A stretch of DNA of 64,000 nt. Origin: Eremomyces bilateralis CBS 781.70 (Eukaryota). The stretch is taken from assembly GCA_010015585.1 (NCBI GenBank), contig ML975171.1; one strand, written 5' to 3'. Position 1 is the first letter of the stretch, and each line of letters begins with the position of its first letter. Positions 49,294 through 62,496 of the stretch are shown one piece after another. The notes under the pieces were generated by a model. That model was not told where the DNA came from and made no database searches. It was given only the letters and a program-made list of their open reading frames with translations. Position numbers and translations under genes: made by a program.

Positions 49294-51615
49294 TTACACC
49301 CCGCTCCGGTAGACTTGACTCCCCCCATGCCTCAGTTGGACCGTCTCCCTTCTCTGGAGCACGACCAATGCGCGATTCAACGACTGCTCCGTGTACCCCC
49401 TCCCCTCCACAAACTCCCTCCGCAACGTCGCCAGACTCGTGCTCCACCCAATCGGCAACCGTCTCCGCAGTTCATCCTCTACCTTCCCGACCTCGTCCAT
49501 CATCTCCTTCGACGCATGGCCCTCGCCTTGCGCCACGGCGTCCATGGTGCTGGCCAGGAAGAGGCGGATGGCTTCGTCGACGTGCGCTTCAGTGGCGATG
49601 GGGGAGAGGCGTAGTTTGGCGAGGGATTCGCTGATGCGGACGATGGCTTCCAGTTGGCGGACGGTGATGGGAATGGAGGAGCGGGCGTTGGCGGTGAGCT
49701 CAGCGGCGTGGACTTGCCGGCGGATGGAGACGAAGTGAGAGGAGAGCTTCTCGGCGGCTTCGGCAGAGAGGCGCGGTGCACATTTCCTAAAATGAGGGTT
49801 AGTGAGAGGGTTTCGAAGGCTTGGGTCCAACGTACTGTTTGCAGTAGCTGATATACCGCTTCATCTTATCGACCGGGATTTCGGCCTGGACTTGCTCTTC
49901 CACGCCTCGACCACCCATATGAATACCCATGACGTGCTTCGCGATCCGCTCGTCACGGCCCCGTTCGTGCTCATCCCGTACAATGAAGATCATATCGAAT
50001 CGCGACAGGATGGTCGTCTGGAAGTCGATGTTCTCCCCGGGCGTCTTCATATCATCATACCGGCCGAAGATGGGATTCGCAGCCGCCAGCACACTGGTCC
50101 TCGCGTTCAAAATGGTGGTGATGCCGGCTTTGGCGATGGAGATGGTCTGCTGCTCCATCGCTTCGTGGATGGCCACGCGGTCTTCATCGCGCATCTTGTC
50201 GAATTCGTCGATGCAAACGACACCACCGTCGGCGAGAACCATGGCTCCTCCTTCCAGATAGAACTCCCTGGTGGTACTGTCTCTCTGCACGGACGCCGTA
50301 AGACCAGCGGCGGACGAGCCTTTGCCGGAGGTGTAGATTGCAATCGGGGCAACCTTCTCGACGAACTTCAGAAGCTGAGACTTCGCGGTACCAGGGTCAC
50401 CGAGTAGAAGCACATTGATGTCTCCACGAAGTCTCATGCCGTCCGGAAGAATCTTCTTGGATCCTCCCATCAGTAAGCAGGCAATGGCTTTCTTGATGTC
50501 GCTGTTGCCGTAGATCGACGGAGCAATGCAGTTTGCGAAGACTTCATATAGGTCTGGCCGCCGGCTCATTTCTAGAAACTCCTGCTCTTCCTCCTCGGTG
50601 TAACTGACGTTTCCTTTCATCGTGTGGTCGACATCGGTCTGGATGCCCACTGCTCGTATGTAAGGATTCCGAATGGCAACAGCACCTGATGTAGAGCTCT
50701 TCGATCCCTTCGATTGGTATATGGAGAAGACACCCATGACAGTGCATCTTGACCCAGGAACAACTCTATTGGTCAAGTATCGGTCCGCCGAGATTAAGAT
50801 GTGTCGCGGAAGTTCTCCGACCGGGACCTGATCCGGTGCTTCTTGTAGCTTCAGAACTTGCTGGTCGATAAACTGGCATTTCTCGTGCACCACGAAGTAG
50901 GGGTCCATGGAGCATCGGTCCGACTTATCACCTTCGATCCTTTCTCTAAGGCAGACTCGAGGTAAGTTCGTGGACGAGAACCCGCTGTTGACCGCGACGT
51001 TGGACGTGTGTTGGCAGTCTCGGCATTGGATGCTTAGTCTCGTGGATTTCGAGGACAACGTCGATGCACCGATGATGATGCCAGGGATTCGAACTAGTCG
51101 TGAAACGTTGTCGGCGTTGAGATCGCGGATGGAAATCTGGGAGGCGCTCGAGTGGAGAAGCAGCTGGTGTTCGGGAAGTTGGATATCTCGCTGGGAGGGG
51201 TATACGATTCGTTGAGTGCAGTGTTTAAGGGCGGCCTCGAACTGATGCCGCATTAGCGAAGCTCCGAAAGATTGTAAAAGCGAGACGATCTCACTCACGA
51301 TTGGGATAATCTCTGCCGGCTCGGCATTCATGCGATGTGCCAACTCCTCATTGTAGGAGATGAGATGAGCGATGTCAATGTTGCAGTAGTATTGCTTGAC
51401 GAGGACATTCTCCCGGATCTGATCTCTGCGTCACAGTCAGTGCGAGTGCTTGGGTCTTCGTATGTGCGCGCTAACCTGTAGATGAAGATATTGTCGATAT
51501 GGAAGTCGAGGACGAAGTCTACCAGCTGCTGCTGGACGTTGGACCGTCTGCGGCTATCGTCATCCCCAAATTCGGCAGGGAGCACAGAAAGGGTATAGAC
51601 TGATTGACGATCCAT
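49294..51615 (-). CDS. MCM5: DNA replication licensing factor Mcm5 (4 exons)
   Basis: MDRQSVY start, [15 protein letters not shown], Walker [24 protein letters not shown] and a winged-helix tail [10 protein letters not shown]. Introns are 51426-51475, 51242-51298 and 49787-49835. Confidence 0.97.
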
Positions 51616-51739
51616 AGTTATTAATGGCGAACCGAGTGCCTTGTTCAGTAGAGGCTATAGTATCGGAATGGATTTCGTGTATATCTGTAGAGGAGTAGGA
51701 GGGGCTTGGGAACAAGACTTTGCTGGACAGGGGGGAAGG

Positions 51740-51770
51740 CGCGTCTGGTCGCGTTGCTGCTACGACGCGT
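51740..51770. promoter_or_regulatory. MCB (MBF-binding) element cluster upstream of MCM5
   Basis: A perfect ACGCGT at 51765-51770 plus CGCGT cores at 51740 and 51750, about 125-155 nt upstream of the ATG of a G1/S replication gene. Confidence 0.6.
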
Positions 51771-52080
51771 TAATGGGACCCGCTTTTCCTTCTAAAGGAG
51801 TCTCCAGTCACATGTTCATCTACTCCAACTTCACACCTTCACTAGGCACTCCTCAACCTTCCTACAAATACTTATCAATGGTCCTTGTCAGAGATTCTCA
51901 AGCTGTGGAATAATCTCTTTACAAGTATGCCAAAGTAGCGCTCCAATCCCTGGGTTATCCTGGTCGACCGCTGAAGGGAATCCTATCATACAAGATACGC
52001 CCGTTTTTTTAGCACGCTTTGACACTGCCGAGTCTTAACCCGTTGACTGTACGCCGTACGGTAACCAGAGGTTTTTCCCA

Positions 52081-53487
52081 CTAATGGGGTTGAGACAACT
52101 GATAGTCCATCTGATACGCCCTCACCGCCTCCTCTGCATCATCATCCTTTGACGTCTGTATGAACTCTCGATATGCCTGAATCCACTCCATCTCCTTCTC
52201 CATCTCATCCTTCTCGTCCGGATCCCCGCCAAACGCGTCCGCCTCCAGCACCGGGATGATGCTCGGATCCATCACGCTGTACATATCCTCCGGCTCGAGA
52301 TCCTCTCCGTAGAGGCTGCGGCTCTTCCGCACGCTCGGATGCCGGCTGAAGAACCCCTGCTTCATCTCTACCTCTGCCGCCCAGTCCTTCGCGCGCGCCA
52401 ACGCCTCTTGCGACTCGATGGTGGTAGGGATCATGTGTTTATAGATGGCCTCCAGCCACGTGTCCGGGTCGATGTCGCGGTTGACGAGCTCGCGTGTGAT
52501 GAGCTCGTCCGGCCGACGAAGATACTTGAAGCCGTTGCCCCATCCCTCGATGCAACCCTTTCCGAGTTCCCTGGACTGCAGGCCGAAGATATTCTGGCCG
52601 TGGTAGCGCGGCTTGGGGCGGAGGGCGAGGCGCGCCCATTCGCGGATGGTGTCGGCGTGATTGCGGCAGTATTTGTTGGTCGCGAAGTCGTAGGTGCGGC
52701 GCATCGTGCGTTGACCCATCAGGATCTTCCGGATGGTGACGCCCTTTTTGAAGACGAAGGTGCGCGAGGCTTCGTCGAGCTTGAAAAAAAAACACTCGGC
52801 GAGCTTGAGGTCCTCGTCCGTGAACAGGTTGCGGTTAGCGATCATCTCGGCTCGCGTTTCGGTGTTATCGACTTCAAGCAGGAACCAGATCTTCTGCATG
52901 GCTGCCTTGCATGCCTCAGGAAAGCAGAGCTCTCCCAGCTCCTTGTAGATATTAACGACCAAGGTTTGCCTTCGGCTGATCTTCTGAAGCCACGTCACAA
53001 AGAACTTCGAAGTATGCTTGCTAACGTGAAAGTCCTCCGGCTGCTTCAGCGACCCCGGCCCCCGATACGGCATCTCAAACGGCGTCTTCGCAATCATGAA
53101 CAGCGGATGCCCATCGTAGAAACTCAGCAGCGGCACTGCCCCCGGCACCCACACTTTCGCGTACGCGAACAGCAGCTGGTTCACGTACGCGCAGCAGAAC
53201 CGCTGGAACTTCTTGCTGATTGTGAACAGCTTGAGCATCTCCGCCGGTGGCACCCACAGCAGCGCCTCGAACGCCAGATCGAAGTTGTCCAGCAGCGTCT
53301 CGAGGAGCGGGAATTTTAGTTTTGGGGGGGGGCCCCTGCCGCGGCCGAGGAGGTCGGCCCATTCTTCGTTCCAGCGGTCGACGGTCGCGGGGCCGACGCG
53401 GTCGGTGAAGGTGTCGATTTCGGTGTTGATGGCGGATAGGTTGATCGCTGCGGTGCGGCGAGTTTTGACAGGGCGGGAGCGCAGCAT
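52081..53487 (-). CDS. Hypothetical protein with a possible divergent N-terminal F-box-like motif
   Basis: 468-aa ATG-initiated ORF with coding-like codon bias. LLETLLDNFDLAFEALLWVPPAEMLKLFTISKKF has F-box-like spacing. Confidence 0.7.
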   Translation of the reverse strand: MLRSRPVKTRRTAAINLSAINTEIDTFTDRVGPATVDRWNEEWADLLGRGRGPPPKLKFPLLETLLDNFDLAFEALLWVPPAEMLKLFTISKKFQRFCCAYVNQLLFAYAKVWVPGAVPLLSFYDGHPLFMIAKTPFEMPYRGPGSLKQPEDFHVSKHTSKFFVTWLQKISRRQTLVVNIYKELGELCFPEACKAAMQKIWFLLEVDNTETRAEMIANRNLFTDEDLKLAECFFFKLDEASRTFVFKKGVTIRKILMGQRTMRRTYDFATNKYCRNHADTIREWARLALRPKPRYHGQNIFGLQSRELGKGCIEGWGNGFKYLRRPDELITRELVNRDIDPDTWLEAIYKHMIPTTIESQEALARAKDWAAEVEMKQGFFSRHPSVRKSRSLYGEDLEPEDMYSVMDPSIIPVLEADAFGGDPDEKDEMEKEMEWIQAYREFIQTSKDDDAEEAVRAYQMDYQLSQPH

Positions 53488-54115
53488 GGTTGGATGCGAT
53501 GAGGACAGAAATAAGGGCTGGGTGATGTGAAGACTGATTCTGATGGGCAGCTGAGGTGGGATGAGTCGAGTGTGCGTTGAAGAAGAGAAGGGAGAAGTTG
53601 AAGCTTGATAGATGAGATGGGGAGTGACTTGTGGAAGGAAAATGTTGGGGATGAGTGAATGATTTGTGTGATTCGTGCTGAATCAATCCTTCACATTTCA
53701 TCGGGTATGGAGTTTGTTTGTTGACGGCATCACTCTGGGGGCGAACCCTTCATAGCTTCATATGCTAAGGTCCGGTGATTTCTCAATCAATCTGATCTCG
53801 AAGCGCCTGTTTGTCCGTCGAAAGCTAGGTGTCAGTGATCGTGGACAGGTGAATACGAAAACATTGCTCGTTACAGAAGAATTCTCCCTTTTATTAAGTG
53901 TTCGAAGTTAATTCTTATACAGTGATTTGCCTGTTGAAAGGCTGTAAAGTCAGCAATATCAACCTACAGTACAAGCGGTCGAGCTGGATGCAGAATTCCC
54001 CTTCTGGTTCTGTCCACTATAAGCTTATCTGCCCCCCTCTTTCGAGAGGTGATGATCAACCAAACGCCGTCACGTAATGTTTTCAAACAGCCAACGCAAT
54101 CGCAGAGTGCATCTA

Positions 54116-55122
54116 CTATCTTCGGTTGAGGAGGTTCAAAAACTCCTCCCTCGTCTTCGCCGTCGACCGCATCCTGCCAAGCATGCAGCTGGTTGTCGTG
54201 GTCGACCCGGTCTTCTGCACTCCACGCATTTCGATGCACAGGTGACTCGACTCCATTACCACGGCCACCCCCAGGGGCTGAAGGATTTCCGACAGGGCGA
54301 GCGCAACCTGTTTGGTTAGCCGCTCTTGGACCTGAAGCCGTCGCGAAAACATCTCGGCGATACGTGCGATCTTCGAGAGGCCGATGACTCGGCGATTGGG
54401 GATGTACCCGATATGCATCTGGGCACTGTCAGCACCGATGCATTGCCGTCGGCAGGTTCAAGCTTACCTTTCCTGTAAAGGGGACCAGGTGGTGCTCGCA
54501 AAGCGAGAAGACCTGGATGTCCTTGACGATGACCAGCTCGTCGTGGTCTTCCTGAAACACCGCCCCGTTGACGATGTCCCGAAGGTTCTCCTCGTAGCCC
54601 TTCGTGAAGAACATCATGGCCTCCGCATACCGCATGGGCGTCTTGTGGAGCCCCTCGCGCTCCGGGTCTTCGCCGATGCACTCCAGAATCGTCCGCACGG
54701 CCCCAGAGAGCTTCTGCATCCGCTCGACATCCTCCTCTGGACTGGCCTCAAGACGATTTCGGGTCCCGATGCCTGATTGAAAAATTCCGTTAGCCTGCGA
54801 GGGGCAATGCTATCGAAGATCGGCACTTACTGGGCCAGCTGAGACCATCGAAGTCGATTGTTGGATGCTGAGTAAACGGGCTCTCCGGACGGCTCGCCAC
54901 CTGTGTCGGAAGCACTGGCTCATCCCTCGCGTCTCTGGCAGGCTCATTGAATTCCACGGCGTGTCGCGTCGTGCTCGAATTTTTAATCGCCGCAAATAGA
55001 TTTTCCCGTTCTTTTACGTCGCGGGCGTCGAGCGGAGAGGAGGGGTTCAAGGAGGAATGGCCATTGAGGAAGCGAGGATTGACGCCCGACTTTGGTTTCG
55101 GACCTGGCGGAGGATGCTCCAT
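54116..55122 (-). CDS. FOL2: GTP cyclohydrolase I (exons 55122-54831, 54772-54468, 54418-54116)
   Basis: [51 protein letters not shown] and HLCIEMRGV. Confidence 0.96.
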
Positions 55123-55517
55123 CGGTTCTCTCAAAAGTAAGTTGGACTGCTCTGGATCGAAAGACTTTGCTGGGACTATGAAGACGATGTCCAACAAAGT
55201 ATGGAGGAGCAGTCAGAGAGGAGTGCAGGGATCAGGGAGATGTCGGGATTCTGCGATCAAAGAATTCAAGATGGAGCTCACAGGCTCGAAAGTCGGAGTG
55301 CTGACATTGTATATGAGGGATAGGAACTAAGGGTCATCTCAAATCTCAATCGCCGACTGCATGCTGTATGATCCCCAGATTTATAATTTTCGACCCCCGT
55401 GGCAATTCAGTCGTCCAGAGGAACGAAGGCGAGCAAAAACGGCCGGCGCCTTCCCTAAAAGAACGAAGGCCGATGTTGCAAGATCCGATCGGAGTTTGCC
55501 GGAGTCGGAGCCGCATG

Positions 55518-55552
55518 CACGTGATATTTCATATTATAGACATTATCACGTG
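55518..55552. promoter_or_regulatory. Two CACGTG E-boxes (bHLH, Cbf1-type) in the divergent FOL2/CTK1 intergenic region
   Basis: CACGTG at 55518-55523 and 55547-55552, the second in the context ATCACGTGAC. Confidence 0.35.
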
Positions 55553-57853
55553 ACTAGAGTTTCCGTGTCCCCTGCCGTGCCTGCCTTCACTTAGGCTTTG
55601 GCTTCCACCACCCACCCGCCAGTCCACCGCCTCCACAAGGAAACACATCGCTTCTGCACTCGGACTTCGATCCTCCATCATCCATTACCTATTGCTCCCA
55701 TCTGCGACTTCATCCTCCACATCCGTCCACATCCAACATCTGTAGGTATGTCTCAAAAGCCATCGGGGGAATTCTCCATCATGGCCACCATCTCACTCGG
55801 AGGGAACGGGGTCGTCGCTGCTGCGACGGTGGTCGACCCCCCGAGCTACCGGGAATTTGGATGTGAAACACTTGCAGCAAGCGACACATGAAGTGACAAC
55901 GGCGGACGCGGTCTATCATGCACCGAGTTATTATATTGCATGCACCTGGAGTCGACGCTTTCGGCATCTCTAATCTCATCGCCATGCCCTCCACGAGGGG
56001 TAACCGGCCTGGTTGTCACCGGTATCTGACAGCAGCATCACCACGTTATCGATGCCTCTCCATCTCTAGCCCTAGCCGCCTAAACAGACCCGATCACATT
56101 CACACGTTACCTGCTGAGCGACCCTCGACCGAAATCCACGACGATGGTTATCACAGGGCCTTAACTGCCTGGATAGCTTGAAGGTGTCGGGAAGTCATGT
56201 CGTGTACCGGAAATCCATAGAACGGCACGTGTACACGACGATGCCGCATGCTTCGACGGGGGACTTAGAATGGGCTTTTCTCATGTTTCCAGCATTCATA
56301 CATCCACCCCTTCGCCAGACGGGTCGAAATCTGGCTCGGAACGCACGTCATTGGGAACTTGACTCCGTCCATCTACCATTTCTCACCCACATTGAATAAT
56401 CCAGCGTCCCTCCTCTCCAACGGATCGTTTTCGAAAGGGCTCATTCTACGCACATACCCGCATATGGGCAACCGGTTCGGTGTGAACCAGCGAGGAGGTG
56501 ACGTACTCGCCGTCGTGGCCATCGCGTTGATTCCCTTCAAATCGGCAAATATGCTGTCGAAGACGATTCAATTTTGGGAATGCATCACTTTCCTCATGAT
56601 TCCCATTCCTCCGTGTGATAGCGCACGACGGGATGTGGGCAAAACCGGTCACCTCGTGTCGCTATCTGGGGAAGTCCTTGCTCAAAGCATGACCGGTTTG
56701 TGGCCTGGGGCGGAGTTGGGGATGCGATGCAGGTTGGATTGGCTGGGTGCTGGCCTGCTGGGGCATGGTCAGGTGTCTGGCGCCTGGCCTGGAAAGCTGT
56801 GGCTTTGAGGGGATTTGGCACCTGTCCAGAGCAGACCGAGACGCTGCGCGAGTTCTCGACAGGAGGAGGACATGCTCTGCATTTTGGTTAGATAGAGAGA
56901 TTCTATGCGTGATTCGTAACATCGTCGGCAGCAACGTCGGCAGCACATACGGTATGGTATGGAATGGGGCTGCAGAAGGTCGGGATGAAGCAGTGAACAA
57001 TGGACAGCCCAGCAGCGAGAGCTTCTGGTTCACCCAGTGGAATCACGGAATCGCGGGGCACGTGCCACGAGAGGCGAATTCGGCTTTTCCTTAACGTTTT
57101 CCTCTCTGGCTTCGGTTCTAAAGTGCTGAACGATTTTGGAACCATCGCAAGTTGCAACAGACACTGAGCGCAGCATGGGAGATAGAGTCCAGGGCACCCA
57201 CTAGTACTCCGTACTGTCCTGCACCGCTGAGCTTTGCCTACTTGGCACGGAATTCTGCTCAAGAGGAGGAACTCTCTGCTTGAACAGGCAATCTATCATT
57301 ATTGACCATTGGTGCCAGAAGTCGAAGCACGCAGCAGGCTTATTATTGCGGCAGACTATTGTCGATTGACACTGCGGAGGGTTAAAGTCACTTGAAAGTG
57401 TCCTGTTGTCTGGTGGTTGGAGATTTGGCGGTACACTCCCCAGTCCCCAGGGCCAAGTCCCAAGTGGACGCTAACTCCCGTCTGTCACTGGTTCGGTCAC
57501 TCAGTGGTCGTCACTCTCTGGTCGAGGAGCCGCATCTTCCCCGGCTGCATCCCCATTCTCTGTTTTTCCCCTTCCTACTGCCCTATCTACACTCTACACT
57601 CTTCGTCGCGTCCTTCAAAGACCGATTTACACTTCGATCACGAGAGTAGTACGTTGCAGAAATATCCCGAGCCTCGACTTTGCCGTCGACTCGGCCCGGT
57701 TGGTAGGTTGCAGCCTTTCGCTGGGTTTTCTCGTGTCCTTGCAGCGCTCGGATTTTCTTACACCTTTTCCTCGCCTGGATCCAATCTTCCCGTCCTCTTG
57801 CTTGACACATACCTACATGCATCACCTTCCCACTGCATGTCTTGACTGCCTAC

Positions 57854-60800
57854 ATGGCTGGGTCGCGACGTCCCACGAGTGCCATAGACCAGTACAGACC
57901 TGAAGAATCCTCTCGGAATTCGACCCGGAATTCTGCCCGGCATAAGGGAGGGAGTAAAGTGAACCGCAATCCTCCCCGAGGGCGGGGGCGCTCACCGGCT
58001 GCTGGGACGTATGGTCGGAGAGAGGGCCTGGATCAAGATTTGTTTCCCCCATCGCGCGATCTCTTTGACGACCCGAAACCATCATCACACACGGGTTCCA
58101 AGGCACGTTCACGTTCTCGTGGTCGCGTCAGATCTCGGACCCGCAGCAGGGAAAGGCATCACACCAAACGGAGGTCCCGTTCCCCATCAAATCACGACAC
58201 GCGAGAGGATTATTACCGACCATCCAAGCGCGATCCGACTCCGGAGAGGCCATCGAAATCTCACAGGAATCGAGAATCGTCCTTATCGTCGAAGCGGAAG
58301 CGCAGTCCCAGCTTGGGCAGGGTTGCTGGGGAGAAAGGAAGTCGAAGGCATAGTCCGAAGAGCGACTTATCCTTTTCACGATCTCAAGGAGACTTAACAC
58401 GGCCTTCAGATCGTGCATATTCACCAAAAATCGATCGAGCGGTGGTTAGGCAACGGTCGCCCGATTCTTACGTTCCTTCGGTTCGGCCGCGATCCCGGTC
58501 ACCTGCTTCCCCTTCGTACCGCCTAACAGCTTCAACCACCAAAACTCGCCTTCGCTCTCGATCACCTGAAAATCGACCTTCATCCATCCGCGCCGTCGAT
58601 TCGAGGCGTTCATCACCCACGAGACGCTCCCATCACCGGGACTCCATATCAGAAGGCAAGGGGCAGAGCACACATCGACACCGTGAGTGGGAATCATCGG
58701 AGCTCAAATCACGACACCGGGAAAAGGACAAATTCAAGTATCGAGAGCACCCGAGCCGCAAAGACTCTCGTCGCCCTTCTCCGCGTGGCTCGCGGCGTGA
58801 CAGGTCGCCAGCACCATTATTAAGCTCCACCCGTCGAGAGGTTTCGCCAAGACCTAGGCGAAGAGATCCCGAGCTGTCCAGGTCCCCATCACCTGCCCGC
58901 AACTATTCCACCCACCCATCCAAACCTCGCCGACACTCACACGCACGTTCGCGCTCGCGGCATCGCCACCGAAAAGCTCGCACCCCCTCCCCCGGCCACC
59001 GCGGTCAGCAGAGCCACAAAGCTCGAAAGGACCCTCGAGACCGATCCCGCACCCCTCGACGCGAGCGAGATTCTCGTTCTCGACACCACGAATCGCCTCG
59101 CTCTCGGCGGAAGACTAAAGAGTATCCCGCGCGGGAGGACGACGACGAGATGGATCCGCGATATATGCGAGGAGGCCGTCCGCCGCGGCCCAATATCAAC
59201 ACCAACTACGGACATTCGCCGCATTATCCGCCGAATCAGATCTCGCCTCATAGCCAGTCGCCGGCCTATAGTAATCGTGGCGGATGGGGAGGCAGTCCGT
59301 ACGGGAGTCACCAAGGGTAAGTTTATCATTTCATTTTGTCACGCACTTCAACTTTCCGGTGGTGCATGTATGAGTTGCAGATGCTGTATGGATGCTTTCC
59401 ATCATAGCTCACCCAACCACATGCTCTCACCTTGTTTTTGCATACTCACTGCACCTTCATGATTTTCTCTTCCGTTACCACCGTATGTCCGAGTGAGAGT
59501 CCCGAATGCTGACAACACAACAGAACGCCGGTGCACCAAGGCTATTCGTCCCAAGCACAGTCTCCGTACCAACAATACTCCCCCCATGGACAACCTCAAA
59601 ACCAATACTTCCAGCAACGTCCGTCCTATGATTCTGCATCTCCTCCAAACGGCCAATACCAACAAAGCTACCGCGGCGGACGCGGCGGCTTTCGAGGGAA
59701 CCACTTCAACAGCTCGGCACAACCGTCACCAAATAATGCTGCAAACAACACGCAGACGTTTGGAGGCGCACAGCCTTCACGAGGTCGCGGTGGTGCCGTT
59801 GCTGGACACTTCAGCAACCTCTCCTGGACACCCGCAACCGGGAGCCGCGGTGGACGGGCACCTATCGACAAAGATCGGAGCGTTTTCGTAACGCAGGCCA
59901 CGGGATCCCAATCGGACGCGGGTGCCAGCCAGAACGACGGCAACGGACCGGATGGCGACGACGATGACAACCCGTTCAGACCTTCCAAAGATCTCCGCGT
60001 AGAGGACGAAGGCGGAAAAGAAGAGGAGAAACAGGAACACACGGAGAAAGAGTCGACACCAAAAGGTTCCTCGCAGCCACCTGCATCGGATTCCCAGACG
60101 CAGTCTTCCGGCCCAAAGATCAGTTTCGCACTGAAGTCGAAGGCGGCCCAGCCGGTTAGTGAGAAACCAAAGCCTGATTTGACTCAACGCGTTAAAGCCA
60201 TGCAACCTCCTTTGATGCGCACCTCGAATAGCATGCGATTTAACCATGGACAGCCGCAGCCCCGACAGGAGTCCCGATTGGAGAGTCGCCTTGGCGGACC
60301 GGATCGTAAATCGGAGTTCAGACCGGACTACCGCTCCGACCATCGCCACGACCATCGCCACGACCATCGATCCGACCACCGCGATCGACACGACTCGCGA
60401 GGTGATTATCGGTCGGACCATCGTGGAGACTACCGAGATTCCAGAGACTCGAGGCGTGACGGGAGAGACTACCGTGATAGTCGAGATCACCGTGATGCAC
60501 GAGGACCGCGGGAACACCGCGATCCTCGCGATGCCCGCCACCCGCGAGATCGTCGTCCCGAACCGCGCTTTGAGAAAAGGCCGAAGCCGCCCCCGAAAGC
60601 TATATTCAGAATCGTCAAGAAAGCCAAGCCTCGACCATCCGTCAAGCCGGAATTCCAGGGTCCTGGATCCATCTACTACCGAAAGCCTGGTAATGAATCG
60701 GTTGTGGGCTCCGGAACGTATGGCAAGGTGTTTAAGGCGGACCATATCTATACCAACAATATGGTGGCCCTCAAGCGAATCAGAGTGGAGAACGAAAAAG

Positions 60801-61924
60801 ACGGCGTAAGTGCTGTGGTTCCGCTTCTTCAGTGCAAAACTAACTTTCTGCAGTTCCCGGTGACCGCTATTCGCGAGGTCAAGCTCCTGGAGCACCTGAG
60901 ACACGACAATGTCGTCCAATTGCTTGAGGTCATGGTCGAAGACAACCATTGTTATATGGTATTCGAATACCTCAGCCATGACTTAACTGGACTTCTAAAC
61001 CATCCGAGCTACAAGCTTGATGAGGCTCAAAAGAAGGATCTGGCGAAGCAGATGTTTGAAGGCCTCGACTATCTCCATCATCGAGGCGTCCTTCACCGCG
61101 ACATCAAAGCTGCCAACATCCTCGTCTCCAATAGTGGGCAGCTCAAGATTGCTGACTTCGGGCTTGCGAGATTCTATTCGAAGGTCCGCCGTCTGGACTA
61201 CACCAACCGCGTCATCACGATCTGGTATCGGAGCCCCGAACTGCTCTTCGGCGAGACCCAGTACGGCCCAGCCGTCGACATCTGGTCGGCGGCATGCGTC
61301 CTCGTCGAGATCTTCACGAACTACGCCATCTTCCCCGGTGACGGCACCGAGCTGAACCAGCTCCAGAAGATCTACGACGTCCTCGGCGCCCCCACCCTCG
61401 AGCAATGGCCGGGCATGCGCGACACCGCGTGGTACGAGCTCCTCATCAACGCCTGCAAGCCCCGCGCGTCGACCTTCGAGTCCAAATACCGCGACAAACT
61501 CACTCCCGCCGCCTACGAGCTCCTCACCAGCATGCTCGACTACGACCCGGCCAACCGCCCCACCGCCAACGACGTCCTCGAGCACCCCTACTTCACCGTT
61601 GAGCAGCCGGCCGCCTCCCGCGCCGTCGAACTGGCCAACATCCAGGGTGACTGGCACGAGTTCGAGTCGAAGGCGCTGCGCAAGGAGCGCGAGCAGAAGA
61701 AGAAGGAGAAGGATCGGCACGAGCGCGAGCGCGAGCGGCATCGGCAGAAGGAGCTGAAGCGGAGGGTCGACGACGGGGATGCGCACGACAAGGGCGGCGA
61801 ACATGATCGGAAGCGGATAAGGAGCGAGCAGGAGAAGGACGCGGAGAGGGATCCGTCGGGCGGGCTCCCCAGTCCGCGGATCGAGGACCGTAAAGGGGAC
61901 CTGATGGAGGTGGATCCGGTGTGA
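57854..61924 (+). CDS. CTK1: RNA polymerase II CTD Ser2 kinase Ctk1/Lsk1 (CDK12-like) with an RS-rich N-terminus; exons 57854-59316, 59524-60805, 60854-61924
   Basis: GSGTYGKV, VALKRI, DG|FPVTAIRE, HRDIKAANIL, ADFGLAR, DYTNRVITIWYR and C-terminal GDWHEFESK. Confidence 0.93.
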
Positions 61925-62496
61925 GCGGTCGTCATCTGCACCCCTCTACCGGACATTTGTATGCAATGCGAAGATCTTCTCTCCAGCGCGCACAGCGCAT
62001 TGATTTCGACGGTGGTTTTCGGTTGATTGTCGGCACACGGTATTACCAGATCTTAGACGACTCGCTTGGGTTGGCGAGAACGCAAAAGTTGAATGGGGCC
62101 GGGCGGGGCTCGATGCATTAGATATCCCGTTTAGTTTCCCGGCCGACGCAGTTGCGTGGCGCCGGTTGTACAGTATGGAAAAGGAACATTCAAATTAGGC
62201 TCCTTGGCGCGTGAGAGGGTGTGAACCGGCTCCAGAGCGTGTTTCGTCCAGATATCGATAAGTTCTAGCACCCGAACGGAGCGCAGACCGTTCGTCCACC
62301 CCGACAATCATGTCGTCCAACAAACACCTCCAAACTCACCCACGACCATCCTAATAGTCCCTCTTGAGCACTCCGTCCGTTTCCCATTGAATCATCTCCC
62401 CTAGTGACCCGTCCAACTTCCCTTGTGCAGTCTCTCGCCTCCGCTCCTCCTATCCGTTCTTCTCTGGGACGATACCGATCGCCAACCTCGGCGGCC

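Noticed and set aside
52339..53319. 326-aa antisense ORF, and similar ones over CDC23, ERG20, MCM5 and CTK1 (e.g. 59777-60979)
   Set aside because: These lie entirely opposite real genes and are explained by GC3 bias.
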